Source: a virus (lineage: Duplodnaviria > Caudoviricetes). From it: DNA of 64,000 nucleotides. Position 1 is the stretch's first letter. Every line of letters starts with the position of its first letter. The stretch lies in IMG/VR virus record IMGVR_UViG_3300031867_000002, positions 64,001 to 128,000 of that record; one strand, given 5' to 3'. The notes below the pieces were generated by a model. That model worked only from the letters and a program-made list of their open reading frames with translations, was not told the DNA's origin and ran no database searches. This document shows, piece after piece, positions 18,877 through 29,409 of the stretch. The translations under genes and the position numbers were made by a program.

Positions 18877-18923
18877 AACAGTATCTCCAACTTAACATTA
18901 ATAAATATAAGGAGGAACATATT

Positions 18924-20570
18924 ATGTCAAAAGTATGCACGCCATCTATACCATCTACAATGACTGAGTCATTACAACCACAACCAATAGTAACTCATAC
19001 AGAGAATTATGATTATTTGTATGAAAGATTAAGTAATTGGTATGAATTTGAAATTAGAGGTAATTATCCTAACAATCAATCACTTGATGAATTTGGACGC
19101 CCGAAGTATAGATATGAGTCTAGAATTGAAGTGATTGACTTTGATGAGGAATGTGAATCAGACCTTATTAAAGGTATTGGATTTATCATTACTAAAAAAC
19201 AAGACATCAAAAAAGATATTCGTAGTAATGATAGTATTTTTAGTAGTAGATATGGATTACAGATTGATGACATGACACCATTTGGAGATGTCTATAAATG
19301 TGATTGTGGACGTATGCAAATGAAAGTGAACAAAGGATTGTTTTGTCCTATATGTCATACAAAAGTTAAATATGTAGGTAGCGACTTTAGTATTACTGGT
19401 TGGATTAAAATCAATGAACCTCATTTTGTAATTCATCCTAACATGTTTAAGAAATTGATAAGCTTTATTGGTAAGAAAAATCTCGATTCTATTATTAATC
19501 TAGACTATAAGATTGATGAAGATGGATTTCAAATTAAGAAAGACACATTGAAGTCTAATCCATTTATCGGTATCGGATTTGAAGAATTCCGTAATCAATT
19601 TGATGAAGTGATGGAGTTCTTTAAAAATAAGCATAAGAATAATCAGAATAAGCTTGAATTCTATGATGATATTATGTCTCATAGAAATCTTATTTTTACT
19701 CACAGCTTACCTGTATATACGTCTCAATTAAGACCATATAGTATTAAGAAGAATAGATTTAGTTTTGAAGGTAATAATGCGTTATATAATGTAATAGCGG
19801 GTACAGCAGCAAAGCTAAATAAATCTCAATTCAATTCTCGTGGTAGAGCAAAATCTACAAATCAATTAATCTATGATATCCAAATGAGATATATGGAAAT
19901 ATATGCTGATTTGGAAAAGATTATTGCTCAGAAGAAAGGTTATGTTAGAGCATTAAATGGTGGTAGATATAATTTTACTGCTCGTAATGTAATTATTCCT
20001 GACCCAGATTTGAGAATTGATGAGATTATCTTACCATATTCTACTCTTATTGAATTGATGAGTTTAACAATCATTAATATCTTGACAAAAACCTATAGTC
20101 CTAGCGAAGCATATCGTATCTGGGACGAAGCAAGAATTGAATATAATCCTATGATTGCTGACCTGATTCAATCTATTATTGATAGTCAGTATGTAGGTAT
20201 TATATTAAATAGAAATCCTAGTATCTCACCAGCATCTATTATCCAGCTTCATCTTATTGGAGTTACTAAAGATGACACTTATAGTTGTAGAGTTCCTCAT
20301 GAAATTCTTAAATCTATGGGTGCAGATTTCGATGGTGATACTTTGAATATCATGCTTATAATTAATGATAACTTTTTGATTAATGCAGCTCGTTTGTTTA
20401 ATCCTAGACTGTCTATGCAAATCAGTTATAATGATGGTATGTTTAATGCTAACATGGCATTACAGACAGATACAATGATTTGTATCAATAGCTTTACTCA
20501 GCTTGGTATCGATGAGATTACAGAAGAAGAGTATGCTATGATTGAAGCTTGTCAGATGTGTGAAGATTAA
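18924..20570 (+). CDS. rpoC: phage multisubunit RNA polymerase beta' N-terminal (catalytic) subunit (probably virion RNAP)
   Basis: Zinc finger CDCG...CPIC, KKGYVR..GGR.NFTARNVI.P, LNRNPSI and catalytic GADFDGD. Confidence 0.92.
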   Translation: MSKVCTPSIPSTMTESLQPQPIVTHTENYDYLYERLSNWYEFEIRGNYPNNQSLDEFGRPKYRYESRIEVIDFDEECESDLIKGIGFIITKKQDIKKDIRSNDSIFSSRYGLQIDDMTPFGDVYKCDCGRMQMKVNKGLFCPICHTKVKYVGSDFSITGWIKINEPHFVIHPNMFKKLISFIGKKNLDSIINLDYKIDEDGFQIKKDTLKSNPFIGIGFEEFRNQFDEVMEFFKNKHKNNQNKLEFYDDIMSHRNLIFTHSLPVYTSQLRPYSIKKNRFSFEGNNALYNVIAGTAAKLNKSQFNSRGRAKSTNQLIYDIQMRYMEIYADLEKIIAQKKGYVRALNGGRYNFTARNVIIPDPDLRIDEIILPYSTLIELMSLTIINILTKTYSPSEAYRIWDEARIEYNPMIADLIQSIIDSQYVGIILNRNPSISPASIIQLHLIGVTKDDTYSCRVPHEILKSMGADFDGDTLNIMLIINDNFLINAARLFNPRLSMQISYNDGMFNANMALQTDTMICINSFTQLGIDEITEEEYAMIEACQMCED

Positions 20571-20626
20571 GATATAAACAACCCTCAGGAACAATTCCTG
20601 AGGGTTTACTTTAAGGAGGAATAATC

Positions 20627-21577
20627 ATGAGAATATTAACTAATACTAATACAGGTTGTATCATTTCCGATACAGAACTTTTCCTTGAATATCTTTATGT
20701 TGGAGATTATGGTAAAGAAAATAATATTAAAGCAGACTTTCTTGGTTATACTAAAAGAATTGAAAAAGTAGAACATAGACCAGTAGATATTACAGATAAA
20801 CTGGTTGTTACTGTTTCTAGTCAAAAGGGTTGTCCTATGAAGTGTAACTTCTGTGATTGTCCTAAACTTGGTTTTCATGGTAATCTTAGTATTTATGAAT
20901 TAGTATCTGAAATTACAACAGCTATTTCACTTTCTAAGATTTCTCACGGTAAGCGTCTAAATGTTCATTTTGCTCGTATGGGAGAACCGACGTTCAATTT
21001 TAATGTTATAGATGCTGCAAGAATTATTGGTAGTATGATAAATGATACTTTTATGGAATATCATCCAGTAGTATCTACAATGATGCCTAAAAATAATAAA
21101 CGTCTAAAAGAATTCTTATTTGGTTGGACAGAGTTATTTTCAATATCTGATTGGAATGGTGGCATCGGACTTCAGTTCTCTATCAATACACTTGATGAAG
21201 AGGAAAGAAATAAGATGTTCGACAATAAGTCTCTGTCTCTTGAAGAAATTGGTAATATTATTAACGAACTTCCTATGCCAATAGGTAGAAAATATACACT
21301 AAACTTTGCAGTTACATCTAAGTCTAATCTAGATGTAAACTTAATGAATAAGTATTTTGATAAAAATAAATGCATTGTTAAAATTACACCTATTCATAAG
21401 ACACATGAAGCTGTAGATAATAATTATGAGATTATTACGGACTTCAATGTATATGAGAAATTTGAAAAGCCGTTGGTAGAAGATGGTTGGGATGTAATAG
21501 TATTTATACCATCTAAAGAAGAAGATGAGGACAGAATTACTTGTGGTAATTCTTTAATTGTAATGGGTTTATCTTAA
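20627..21577 (+). CDS. RlmN/Cfr-like radical SAM enzyme
   Basis: VSSQKGCPMKCNFC (CxxxCxxC), GNLS..E, MGEP, VST, LQFSIN and C-terminal ITCG. Confidence 0.8.
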   Translation: MRILTNTNTGCIISDTELFLEYLYVGDYGKENNIKADFLGYTKRIEKVEHRPVDITDKLVVTVSSQKGCPMKCNFCDCPKLGFHGNLSIYELVSEITTAISLSKISHGKRLNVHFARMGEPTFNFNVIDAARIIGSMINDTFMEYHPVVSTMMPKNNKRLKEFLFGWTELFSISDWNGGIGLQFSINTLDEEERNKMFDNKSLSLEEIGNIINELPMPIGRKYTLNFAVTSKSNLDVNLMNKYFDKNKCIVKITPIHKTHEAVDNNYEIITDFNVYEKFEKPLVEDGWDVIVFIPSKEEDEDRITCGNSLIVMGLS

Positions 21578-21589
21578 GGAGGATTTTAT

Positions 21590-22123
21590 ATGTTTTTACA
21601 CGAAATATATAACGCTACTTGTGTTAAGTACTTTCTCATTTATAAAGACAAAGAAGAAGTAAAAGAAAGAGTTATTCACTTCTTTACTACTAATGACAAT
21701 ATTATAAATATCATTAAGTATGCTAAGAATGAAGGAGCAGATTATATCTGTTATAGATACAGCGGTCCAATTTGTGATATTATGCCAGTATTATCTATAA
21801 AAGGATTTGATTGTGTCGCTGTAATTAAGAAAGATGATTTTTCTGATAGTTTAAAAGCTGGTAGATTAAAAGAATGTGTAATGAATGCTATTGAGACTGA
21901 AAAAGAAACTCATGGAGCTTTAAGACACAGATATTATATATCTCCTGTTAAGACATTACGAATTATAGAAGAAATGGAGAAATACTGTGGGAATTCAACT
22001 AAGAAAAAACTTCTTCAAAGAATCCTCACACTAGTTGAAGGTGACTGTACAAGAAATGAAGCACGAGAACAAGCTACAAAAGATATATTGAGATTTAAAG
22101 GTAAAATACCTAATAAGGATTAA
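21590..22123 (+). CDS. hypothetical protein
   Basis: AAGGAGG RBS; terminator at 22138-22175. Confidence 0.65.
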   Translation: MFLHEIYNATCVKYFLIYKDKEEVKERVIHFFTTNDNIINIIKYAKNEGADYICYRYSGPICDIMPVLSIKGFDCVAVIKKDDFSDSLKAGRLKECVMNAIETEKETHGALRHRYYISPVKTLRIIEEMEKYCGNSTKKKLLQRILTLVEGDCTRNEAREQATKDILRFKGKIPNKD

Positions 22124-22137
22124 ATTTTTTAATAAAG

Positions 22138-22175
22138 GAAACCCAGTGCTTAATTGCACTGGGTTTCTTTTTTTT
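22138..22175 (+). terminator. intrinsic terminator
   Basis: GAAACCCAGTGC-loop-GCACTGGGTTTC-T8. Confidence 0.85.
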
Positions 22176-22212
22176 GTAAAAGTTTACTATGTTACTTGTA
22201 TATAATAATAAT

Positions 22213-22353
22213 GAATAGAAGATAATAATCTGCTGTTCAACTGGAGCGTGTAAAAAGTCTACGTTCCAGATTCCGTATATATTTATTTAAATCTTTTAGG
22301 TAAGAGGCCTAGTCAGCCCACCACTTAGTGGTCAGTCCTAGGAGGACAAAATT
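22213..22353 (+). ncRNA. structured 5' leader of early cassette
   Basis: Follows TATATAAT-N6-G (22199-22213). GAATAG/CTGTTC stem at +1, CTGGAGCGT/ACGTTCCAG, and CCTAG/CTAGG overlapping the SD. Confidence 0.5.
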
Positions 22354-22731
22354 ATGTTATACGCAATTAAGCTCGCAGCTATTTTGAAAGCAACAAATCT
22401 TATGCTTGATAGCGAACTCGCTATTATTGATGACGGAAATTATCCTGATAAGGCGGCAGACAATATTCAGAGAGTTCGTTTTCTCAACTGTGTTGAAACG
22501 CTGAAAGCTGGTTTCGAGAATGATAAATATATAATTAAACTCGTGCCAGTTAGATTCAACAACACTGATATCTTTTATCCACTGATTGATTCAGATAAGC
22601 GGCAGAGATATACAGCTAAAGCTAAACCTCTTGCTGAAACTCTTGAAAAGTTCAGCAATAAATTAGGAGTCGAGGTCAGAGACCCTTCAGAGTTTGGCGA
22701 ATTCCAAAAATTTTTGATGAAGGAGGTGTGA
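22354..22731 (+). CDS. hypothetical early protein
   Basis: GGAGG RBS; first gene of a two-gene early cassette. Confidence 0.65.
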   Translation: MLYAIKLAAILKATNLMLDSELAIIDDGNYPDKAADNIQRVRFLNCVETLKAGFENDKYIIKLVPVRFNNTDIFYPLIDSDKRQRYTAKAKPLAETLEKFSNKLGVEVRDPSEFGEFQKFLMKEV

Positions 22732-22734
22732 AAT

Positions 22735-23034
22735 ATGCTGTTTAACGAACTTAAAGAAATCGAAAAAAGCGGCGCTCGTGAAAGAGCGTTAATCCACAGA
22801 CAATGTGAAGAAGAGATTGTTGAAATCCGTCGCAAGAAGGACGAAGCAATTGAAAAGATTGACCGTCAGCATAAACAGACAATGGCATCTATTGAGGCTG
22901 AGCATACAACAAAAATGAAAATGCTCAATGAAAAAAGTAAAGATATTCGCGCAGCGATTGAAGAGGCAAAAGCAAATGGAAACTTTTCAAAGGTATGTGA
23001 ACTGCTCGAACAAATGGCTAAAAGCATCACTTAA
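22735..23034 (+). CDS. hypothetical coiled-coil early protein
   Basis: AGGAGG RBS, charged helical sequence, terminator at 23049-23084. Confidence 0.65.
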   Translation: MLFNELKEIEKSGARERALIHRQCEEEIVEIRRKKDEAIEKIDRQHKQTMASIEAEHTTKMKMLNEKSKDIRAAIEEAKANGNFSKVCELLEQMAKSIT

Positions 23035-23087
23035 ACTTAATGAGAATGAAAGAAGACTGGACTTTACATCCAGCCTTCTTTTTTGTA

Positions 23088-24137
23088 TTAATAGTAAAGA
23101 TAGTATGTGATATCAATACCCTTGCTAGTATCAATAAGTGCTTCGTTAGGGAAGTTGAATCTAGTGAATGGACGAATATCTAGATATTCAAGTTTATCAC
23201 CATCTCTTACATATGGGACTGCGGTGCATAGAGAAATAGTATTAACTTTAGAATCATTAATACCTGTTCTTTTTTGGAAGTATTCTCTACAATCTGTTGC
23301 GGATACAGACATCTTTAGTTGTACGACTACTTCTGCTTCAGATGCACGTTTATCTGCCCATACATCATCTACATTAGTAAGGAATGTACTATCATCTGCA
23401 TAACGACGAATAAGCTTTGGTTCTTCATCAAATGCTTTAAAGAAATATGCAACTACATTTGTTGCTACTTCTGCACGACCAAAATATTGTTCTCTATATA
23501 CATCATCTAAATCTGCATCAGAAGTTCTATATTTAAATGGAACTAAACAATTATCAATATGACTGTAAGTATTATTACCACCAGTACCATCATTATAATC
23601 TGCATAACCATAAGGAGCAATCCATTTAGTATTATGAACTTTAAATACTCTAGATGCTTCTACACCACAACCATCAATACCGAGACACCAGAGACAAACT
23701 CTACGAGTAAAGTACTGATAGAATTTCTGACTATTTATATCTCCAAATGTAAGAGAACCAGCTACGTTGCTAAGAACACTATTAGCTACTCCAGTATAGA
23801 ATCCAAGTCCTTTACTAGTTCCATTTGTTGCGATATCATCTACACCGATAGGAGTAGTTACACCAGCTTTAAATTTGAATGGTTTATTTGCTGCAAAAAA
23901 TGCTTGGTCATAGCTTGGAATATTAGCAAGAAAGTCATTACTAGATTCGCACATAAAACCATCATAATCAAAATCTTTAATAGCATTAAATTCAGAACCA
24001 GAAACAATTACTTTATTACTACCTCTGAATAATACTTTACCACTATCAAGTTCTTTAAGAATAATACTAGTACCTTTCACACTAGCAGATTCTTTAATAT
24101 TATCACCTTTATCAAAGATGGTTAATTTTTTATCCAT
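23088..24137 (-). CDS. putative baseplate/tail structural protein
   Basis: NKVIVSG...LGIDG...NTISL...F.NEAL...IDITY.LY resembles jumbo-phage baseplate proteins. Co-oriented downstream of the 1588-aa gene. Confidence 0.5.
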   Translation of the reverse strand: MDKKLTIFDKGDNIKESASVKGTSIILKELDSGKVLFRGSNKVIVSGSEFNAIKDFDYDGFMCESSNDFLANIPSYDQAFFAANKPFKFKAGVTTPIGVDDIATNGTSKGLGFYTGVANSVLSNVAGSLTFGDINSQKFYQYFTRRVCLWCLGIDGCGVEASRVFKVHNTKWIAPYGYADYNDGTGGNNTYSHIDNCLVPFKYRTSDADLDDVYREQYFGRAEVATNVVAYFFKAFDEEPKLIRRYADDSTFLTNVDDVWADKRASEAEVVVQLKMSVSATDCREYFQKRTGINDSKVNTISLCTAVPYVRDGDKLEYLDIRPFTRFNFPNEALIDTSKGIDITYYLYY

Positions 24138-24152
24138 AAGTATACCTCCTAA

Positions 24153-27100
24153 TTATGGGAATAAATAATTTCCGTTAGAATCTTGTGTTACGTCTCCTGT
24201 ATATTCAACTACATTTATTTCTATCTTCTCACTAGGAGATACAATATCTCTGTAGTTAAGATTAGATTTGAATTCTGGATAATCAAATCTATGACCATAA
24301 ATCTTTTCACCAAATCCAAATGTAACTCTATATTCTTCAAAGGTTATTTCTTCAAAGTCAATCTTCTCACCAATCTTAATAGGGTCTCTATATTCGGTAT
24401 AATTGTGAAAATATTTATACTCCTTAGGTCTGATTTTCTCCAATAGATTATCGAATGTAGTATTATAATACATATCATCAAGAATCTGTACATGATTATT
24501 GTAAGGGTCATCTATAACATAAGTAACAGCAGTATCTAAAATCTGGGTCTTCCAAGATTTAAAGAATATTACCATTTTCAAAATATAGTTTTGAATATTC
24601 TGAACGTTTGCTGTTGGTATAAGATTAAAGATATATCTCCATTCTTTTTTATCAAAGTACTTTTCTAATGCTAATACAATCATCTCACATAAATATTCTA
24701 TTCTTTGACGTTTTTCATCACTAGGAATATATGATTGTTTTACTGGGTCCCAAGTATTACTATAGTTATACTTGATATCAATAAGATGATTATATAAATC
24801 TATATTACGATATTGCATGTATTCATAATAGTCAGATGCAATCTTCCATTCAAAGTCTAAGGTTAGTTCTATAGGTTCTAACATATCTACTTGTTGAACG
24901 ATTATATGAATTTGACCATCTTCTAGTTTCTCTACAATTACAGTATAATCAGATGTAGTTGTAGTACCTTCAATAAAGTCATTTATAGAACCATCATCAT
25001 TTAGTGTTACTGGAATAATGATATTAATATTCTTAGAGTTCTGTAGCATATAATGATGTTCTTCTGCTATAATGAATACTTTATTATCTTCTTCGTATAC
25101 ATTATTTGGGAACATAAATCCACGAGGAAATTCTATTGGTATATCATTAGATACATAGTATTCTTTTATACCACTTTCTTTATATTTTCTTTCAATGTAC
25201 ATACATTCTACAGTATCTGTACCATCTTCACTTATATAACTACATTCTGTAAAGTCAGCATTATGTTGAAAATGATAATTTATAGGATTACCATCTTCTG
25301 TATTTTGGTCTATAAGTTGGAATATAGGAAAACCTTCATTATCTTTGATATAAGAAACTCTATCTATAATATAATATGTAGAGTTTTCGTCATTCTTATC
25401 TGTATATACAGGTTTACCATCACCATTTATGAGTCTATAAAAATCATGATTCATCTTAGTTTCCATAAATGAATCATATAAGATTTTATATATATCATAC
25501 ATACGTTTAGATTCTGCTGTTCTTAGCATATAAGTAAGATGTTGATACAGATTAGTATTAGAATAGTATATCTTTTTAAGCATATTAATACGCTCTAAAT
25601 CAGATGCATTTTCTTCCATAGCATTTAATATAGCTGTATTTAACCACATACCATGAGAATTATTATCATCATTAGGATATTGTGTAGGTCTCCATGATAA
25701 ATCCATTGTAGAGAATTGTCCTGTAGACCAATCATATTTTACTGCATTACAAAGATTATACTTCCATATATCAGAAGAACCGAAGTTTATATCAAACTTA
25801 GCAGATGTAATACAATCTTTTGCACATTGTTCATAACGACCACTTAGAAAAGCTCCTAGTTTAATTGCTTCTCCAGTAGGTATTTGTGCTTCATCATATT
25901 CTATACATCTATCATAGGCTGCGTTACCATCTAAATCTATTGGTTCACCTAGATATGTTTTTATACCTTGAATATCTAGTTTACCATTTTCATCATATAC
26001 ATCTGGAACGTATTCTATAAAACTATCATATCTTTCACTCATCCATCCTTTTTCTAATGGATTCATACCGTAACCATTTTCTACGGTATGTTCTTCACCA
26101 AACTCATCTATATAAGTATAATCATTTACTGGTTTATTTAAATAATTATTATAGATATGGTGTTGATTTTGTAGATAGTTATAGATATCAGTCCAATCTG
26201 TATCAAAGTTAAATCCATTAATATACATATTCTTTTCCATATCAGATGCAACGTTATCTGGTTCTACACCTTGATATAGATAATTCAATGCAATAGCAAA
26301 AGTTAACAAGTCATTTAATCTAACTCTTCCACTCGATACTAATTCTGTATCTACATCTAACATTAATAATTCTTCATCTCTATGCTTATCATATAGCATA
26401 TTCATAAAGTATGATAATTGATATGACATCTTAGTTAAATCAATAGATGCTTCTACACCAATATACTTAGTACGTTCTATAGTAAATTCTTTATTAAGAA
26501 TTTCTTGTTTCTTAGATTGATGTAATTTTTCTCGTTCTGCTTCTGTTAATATATCAAAAGTAGATACACCATCCCAAAATGGGTCGGCTAGTGTAATCAT
26601 ATCATAATTACGTCGCATATCATAACGTTCAAGCATCTTATATGCATTAGGGTCTAAGATAGGTACTTTAAGAAAACATATGTCATAATTCTTTCTAAAG
26701 AATTCTTGTCCTACCATGTCTTTAGTAATAACTTCATATACATATGCAGAAGTATAGATTGGAATATTGTCATGTCCTATTGTAGTGACCATATCACCAA
26801 TCTCAAAATCACTAATGCCTTTTCCTAATTGTCCTACTACATAATTTAAATCCATCCAGCCAATATATTGCGGAGTAGGATTATTTACTTCATCTATTTC
26901 TAAATCAGAGAAGATACCTTCTATATAACTTCTAACAGCAATCAGATAAGTTTCTCTAAATAACTTAGTCCACTTATCATAACTGCTAGAATATCTTTCT
27001 GGACTAACTGTAAAGCTATAATTGTTTTGAAAGATATAAGCATCTCTATGATTTTCCATATCTTCAAGATATTCTTTTTCATTTTGTTTATAGTCAAAGA

Positions 27101-28919
27101 ATGTCATATAAGGAATAGTATGATTCAATATAAATCTATCTTCACTATTCCGTTTATAATATTCTACATCAGCTTCATATTCTTCTTGCGTCTTATCATT
27201 TCTACTTACTACATTGTGATTAGTTATATATTTATCAGTAATGATTGTATCTGCTTGATAAAAGTATTGCTCTAATTCAGCATCTGTGATAGTATTGAAG
27301 TTTATATCGGATAATATATCAGAATCAAATACTCCCAATATACTATAGATTTCATATTTAATTCTACGATAGTAATAAGTATTTAATGCAAAGTCTTCTG
27401 TTTCTGAATATAAGTTATCAAAGTATCTTTTTATTCTTTCTGCTATAGCTTTACCAAAACCAGTTAGATAAGTATTACGATTTCTTAAATAATATATTCC
27501 ATGAGCTGAACTATCATGATTATAAATATCTATATCAAACCAGTTTACTCTTTCATTTCTCATAAATGTATCTATAAAACTATTAACAGGTTGTAATTCT
27601 TTTATAGAGGATAATGGTTTAGAAATCATATCTGCTATAACTTGTTTATCAGCAAGCTGTCTATTAGATAGAGTATCTTCAGTTTTCTTATCAATCAATT
27701 CATAATTATATACATGAGAGTTAATAAAGTCTGCATCGTCTACATTATACTTTACGTTTGTTAATGGCACTTTATTATTAGAGATGTCTGTTCTAGGACC
27801 AATCCAATAATTTCTATTGGTACCATACTTAGGATTTACATCATCTTCTGTATAAAAGAAAAAATCATTTCTATGAAGCTTTTTAGTTTTCATAAGATAG
27901 TATGTGTATATAGTAATACTATCATCATCAAATAACTCTAATATATCTACTATATTTCTATGAGAAGATTTGTATTTAAGTAGTGTATTGACATTCTTAA
28001 TAATACGAATTTGATATTTTACTGGAATCTCTTTATAGTAAGCAATACCATATGATTCAAATAGATAGCGAATAGTTCTGGAATCGAATACATCTTTGTT
28101 AATAATATATTCTTGTACTTCAGAAATCATGTCTACCATTGTTTGAATGATAATCAATATTTGTATAAATGCATCATAATGATAAGACATAAATCTATAA
28201 GCTTCTGAATATATAGTAGCCATAGTATATCTGCGATTTCTATCATATACACGTTTAAACTTATTCTCAATAATATCAAATGTATTTAGTTTAGGAATCC
28301 ATATAAGAGAAAAATTTACAGCTTTACGAGCAGTATAATAATCTATTCTCTTATCTCCTAGATGATAGATATATTGATAGTGTGCGTCTTCTCCATACTC
28401 AGATATAATCTGTTTCATGATACCACATGATTCAATCATAGATAATTCTTCTAGTGATAATTCATGTAAATATCTTCCAGCTAAGTCTAATGTTTTAGCC
28501 ATCTCTTGGGGTAATTCATATTGGCCCATATCTATAAAGTATTGTCTATATAACTCTGGTATTACCCAAGCATTACCAATGTCTTCATATATTTCATCTC
28601 CATATCCAGTAGCATCTATATATGCTCTTTCATCATTAAGAGTATACATTGGAGGTAATCCATTTAGCATTCTATAATAACTGTTCCATTCAAAGTATTT
28701 TTCTTCCCAATAATCGCCTTTCTTTTTTGCATTCCAAGTTCCTTCTTTAAAAGATATATAGTCTGCTGCCATCTTAGCAGAACGTACATCTTCATAGTGA
28801 AGTGCTTGGTTTTCATTCTTTACAACTGCATTCATACCAAGTATTTTAACGCAGTTTACTATAAGGTCTATATATGGGTTATCTGTATACTTCATATCGA
28901 ACTCATAATTATATTTCAT
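24153..28919 (-). CDS. large virion structural protein (putative baseplate wedge)
   Basis: 1588 aa; NSYYRMLNGLPP and LLKYKSSHRNIVDILELF segments resemble phage baseplate wedge proteins. Confidence 0.5.
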   Translation of the reverse strand: MKYNYEFDMKYTDNPYIDLIVNCVKILGMNAVVKNENQALHYEDVRSAKMAADYISFKEGTWNAKKKGDYWEEKYFEWNSYYRMLNGLPPMYTLNDERAYIDATGYGDEIYEDIGNAWVIPELYRQYFIDMGQYELPQEMAKTLDLAGRYLHELSLEELSMIESCGIMKQIISEYGEDAHYQYIYHLGDKRIDYYTARKAVNFSLIWIPKLNTFDIIENKFKRVYDRNRRYTMATIYSEAYRFMSYHYDAFIQILIIIQTMVDMISEVQEYIINKDVFDSRTIRYLFESYGIAYYKEIPVKYQIRIIKNVNTLLKYKSSHRNIVDILELFDDDSITIYTYYLMKTKKLHRNDFFFYTEDDVNPKYGTNRNYWIGPRTDISNNKVPLTNVKYNVDDADFINSHVYNYELIDKKTEDTLSNRQLADKQVIADMISKPLSSIKELQPVNSFIDTFMRNERVNWFDIDIYNHDSSAHGIYYLRNRNTYLTGFGKAIAERIKRYFDNLYSETEDFALNTYYYRRIKYEIYSILGVFDSDILSDINFNTITDAELEQYFYQADTIITDKYITNHNVVSRNDKTQEEYEADVEYYKRNSEDRFILNHTIPYMTFFDYKQNEKEYLEDMENHRDAYIFQNNYSFTVSPERYSSSYDKWTKLFRETYLIAVRSYIEGIFSDLEIDEVNNPTPQYIGWMDLNYVVGQLGKGISDFEIGDMVTTIGHDNIPIYTSAYVYEVITKDMVGQEFFRKNYDICFLKVPILDPNAYKMLERYDMRRNYDMITLADPFWDGVSTFDILTEAEREKLHQSKKQEILNKEFTIERTKYIGVEASIDLTKMSYQLSYFMNMLYDKHRDEELLMLDVDTELVSSGRVRLNDLLTFAIALNYLYQGVEPDNVASDMEKNMYINGFNFDTDWTDIYNYLQNQHHIYNNYLNKPVNDYTYIDEFGEEHTVENGYGMNPLEKGWMSERYDSFIEYVPDVYDENGKLDIQGIKTYLGEPIDLDGNAAYDRCIEYDEAQIPTGEAIKLGAFLSGRYEQCAKDCITSAKFDINFGSSDIWKYNLCNAVKYDWSTGQFSTMDLSWRPTQYPNDDNNSHGMWLNTAILNAMEENASDLERINMLKKIYYSNTNLYQHLTYMLRTAESKRMYDIYKILYDSFMETKMNHDFYRLINGDGKPVYTDKNDENSTYYIIDRVSYIKDNEGFPIFQLIDQNTEDGNPINYHFQHNADFTECSYISEDGTDTVECMYIERKYKESGIKEYYVSNDIPIEFPRGFMFPNNVYEEDNKVFIIAEEHHYMLQNSKNINIIIPVTLNDDGSINDFIEGTTTTSDYTVIVEKLEDGQIHIIVQQVDMLEPIELTLDFEWKIASDYYEYMQYRNIDLYNHLIDIKYNYSNTWDPVKQSYIPSDEKRQRIEYLCEMIVLALEKYFDKKEWRYIFNLIPTANVQNIQNYILKMVIFFKSWKTQILDTAVTYVIDDPYNNHVQILDDMYYNTTFDNLLEKIRPKEYKYFHNYTEYRDPIKIGEKIDFEEITFEEYRVTFGFGEKIYGHRFDYPEFKSNLNYRDIVSPSEKIEINVVEYTGDVTQDSNGNYLFP

Positions 28920-28950
28920 TCATATCCTCCTTTCTATAGTATTTTAATAC

Positions 28951-29409
28951 TTAGAGAGGTGTATTTTTATTATGGTCAATAACAAAGTTAGTTACTTTGA
29001 AATATACACGCTTTGCAATGATGTCATAAATCGCCTCTTCTTTATAATACAATGCTAATTGTTTTAGCATTACAGGAGATATCCTTTCGCTTACTAACGA
29101 ACAAATATCTTTACTTATCTGAATCTCTTCATCTTCTTTAATGTACCAATCTGTTTTATAGATTAGATTCATTAAAGAATATTCTTGGAAACAGCTTTCA
29201 ACTACTGTATCTAAACGAGTTTCAATATCACTTGTTATATTAAGATGTGTATCAATATCGTATTGTCTTTGGTCTAATTCTGCATATTTAAATGCTAGCC
29301 ATTTCTTAAATGAATTAAATAAGCTAATCTCAAAAACCAGTACCAGGATTAGGATTATTCCAATAATGATAAGGGTTTGAAGACTGAGTTGTGTAGATAG
29401 TACTTCCAT
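28951..29409 (-). CDS. hypothetical membrane protein (one N-terminal TM)
   Basis: ATG 29409 after GAAAGGA; TM segment LIIIGIILILVLVF; overlaps the upstream gene by 80 nt. Confidence 0.6.
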   Translation of the reverse strand: MEVLSTQLSLQTLIIIGIILILVLVFEISLFNSFKKWLAFKYAELDQRQYDIDTHLNITSDIETRLDTVVESCFQEYSLMNLIYKTDWYIKEDEEIQISKDICSLVSERISPVMLKQLALYYKEEAIYDIIAKRVYFKVTNFVIDHNKNTPL

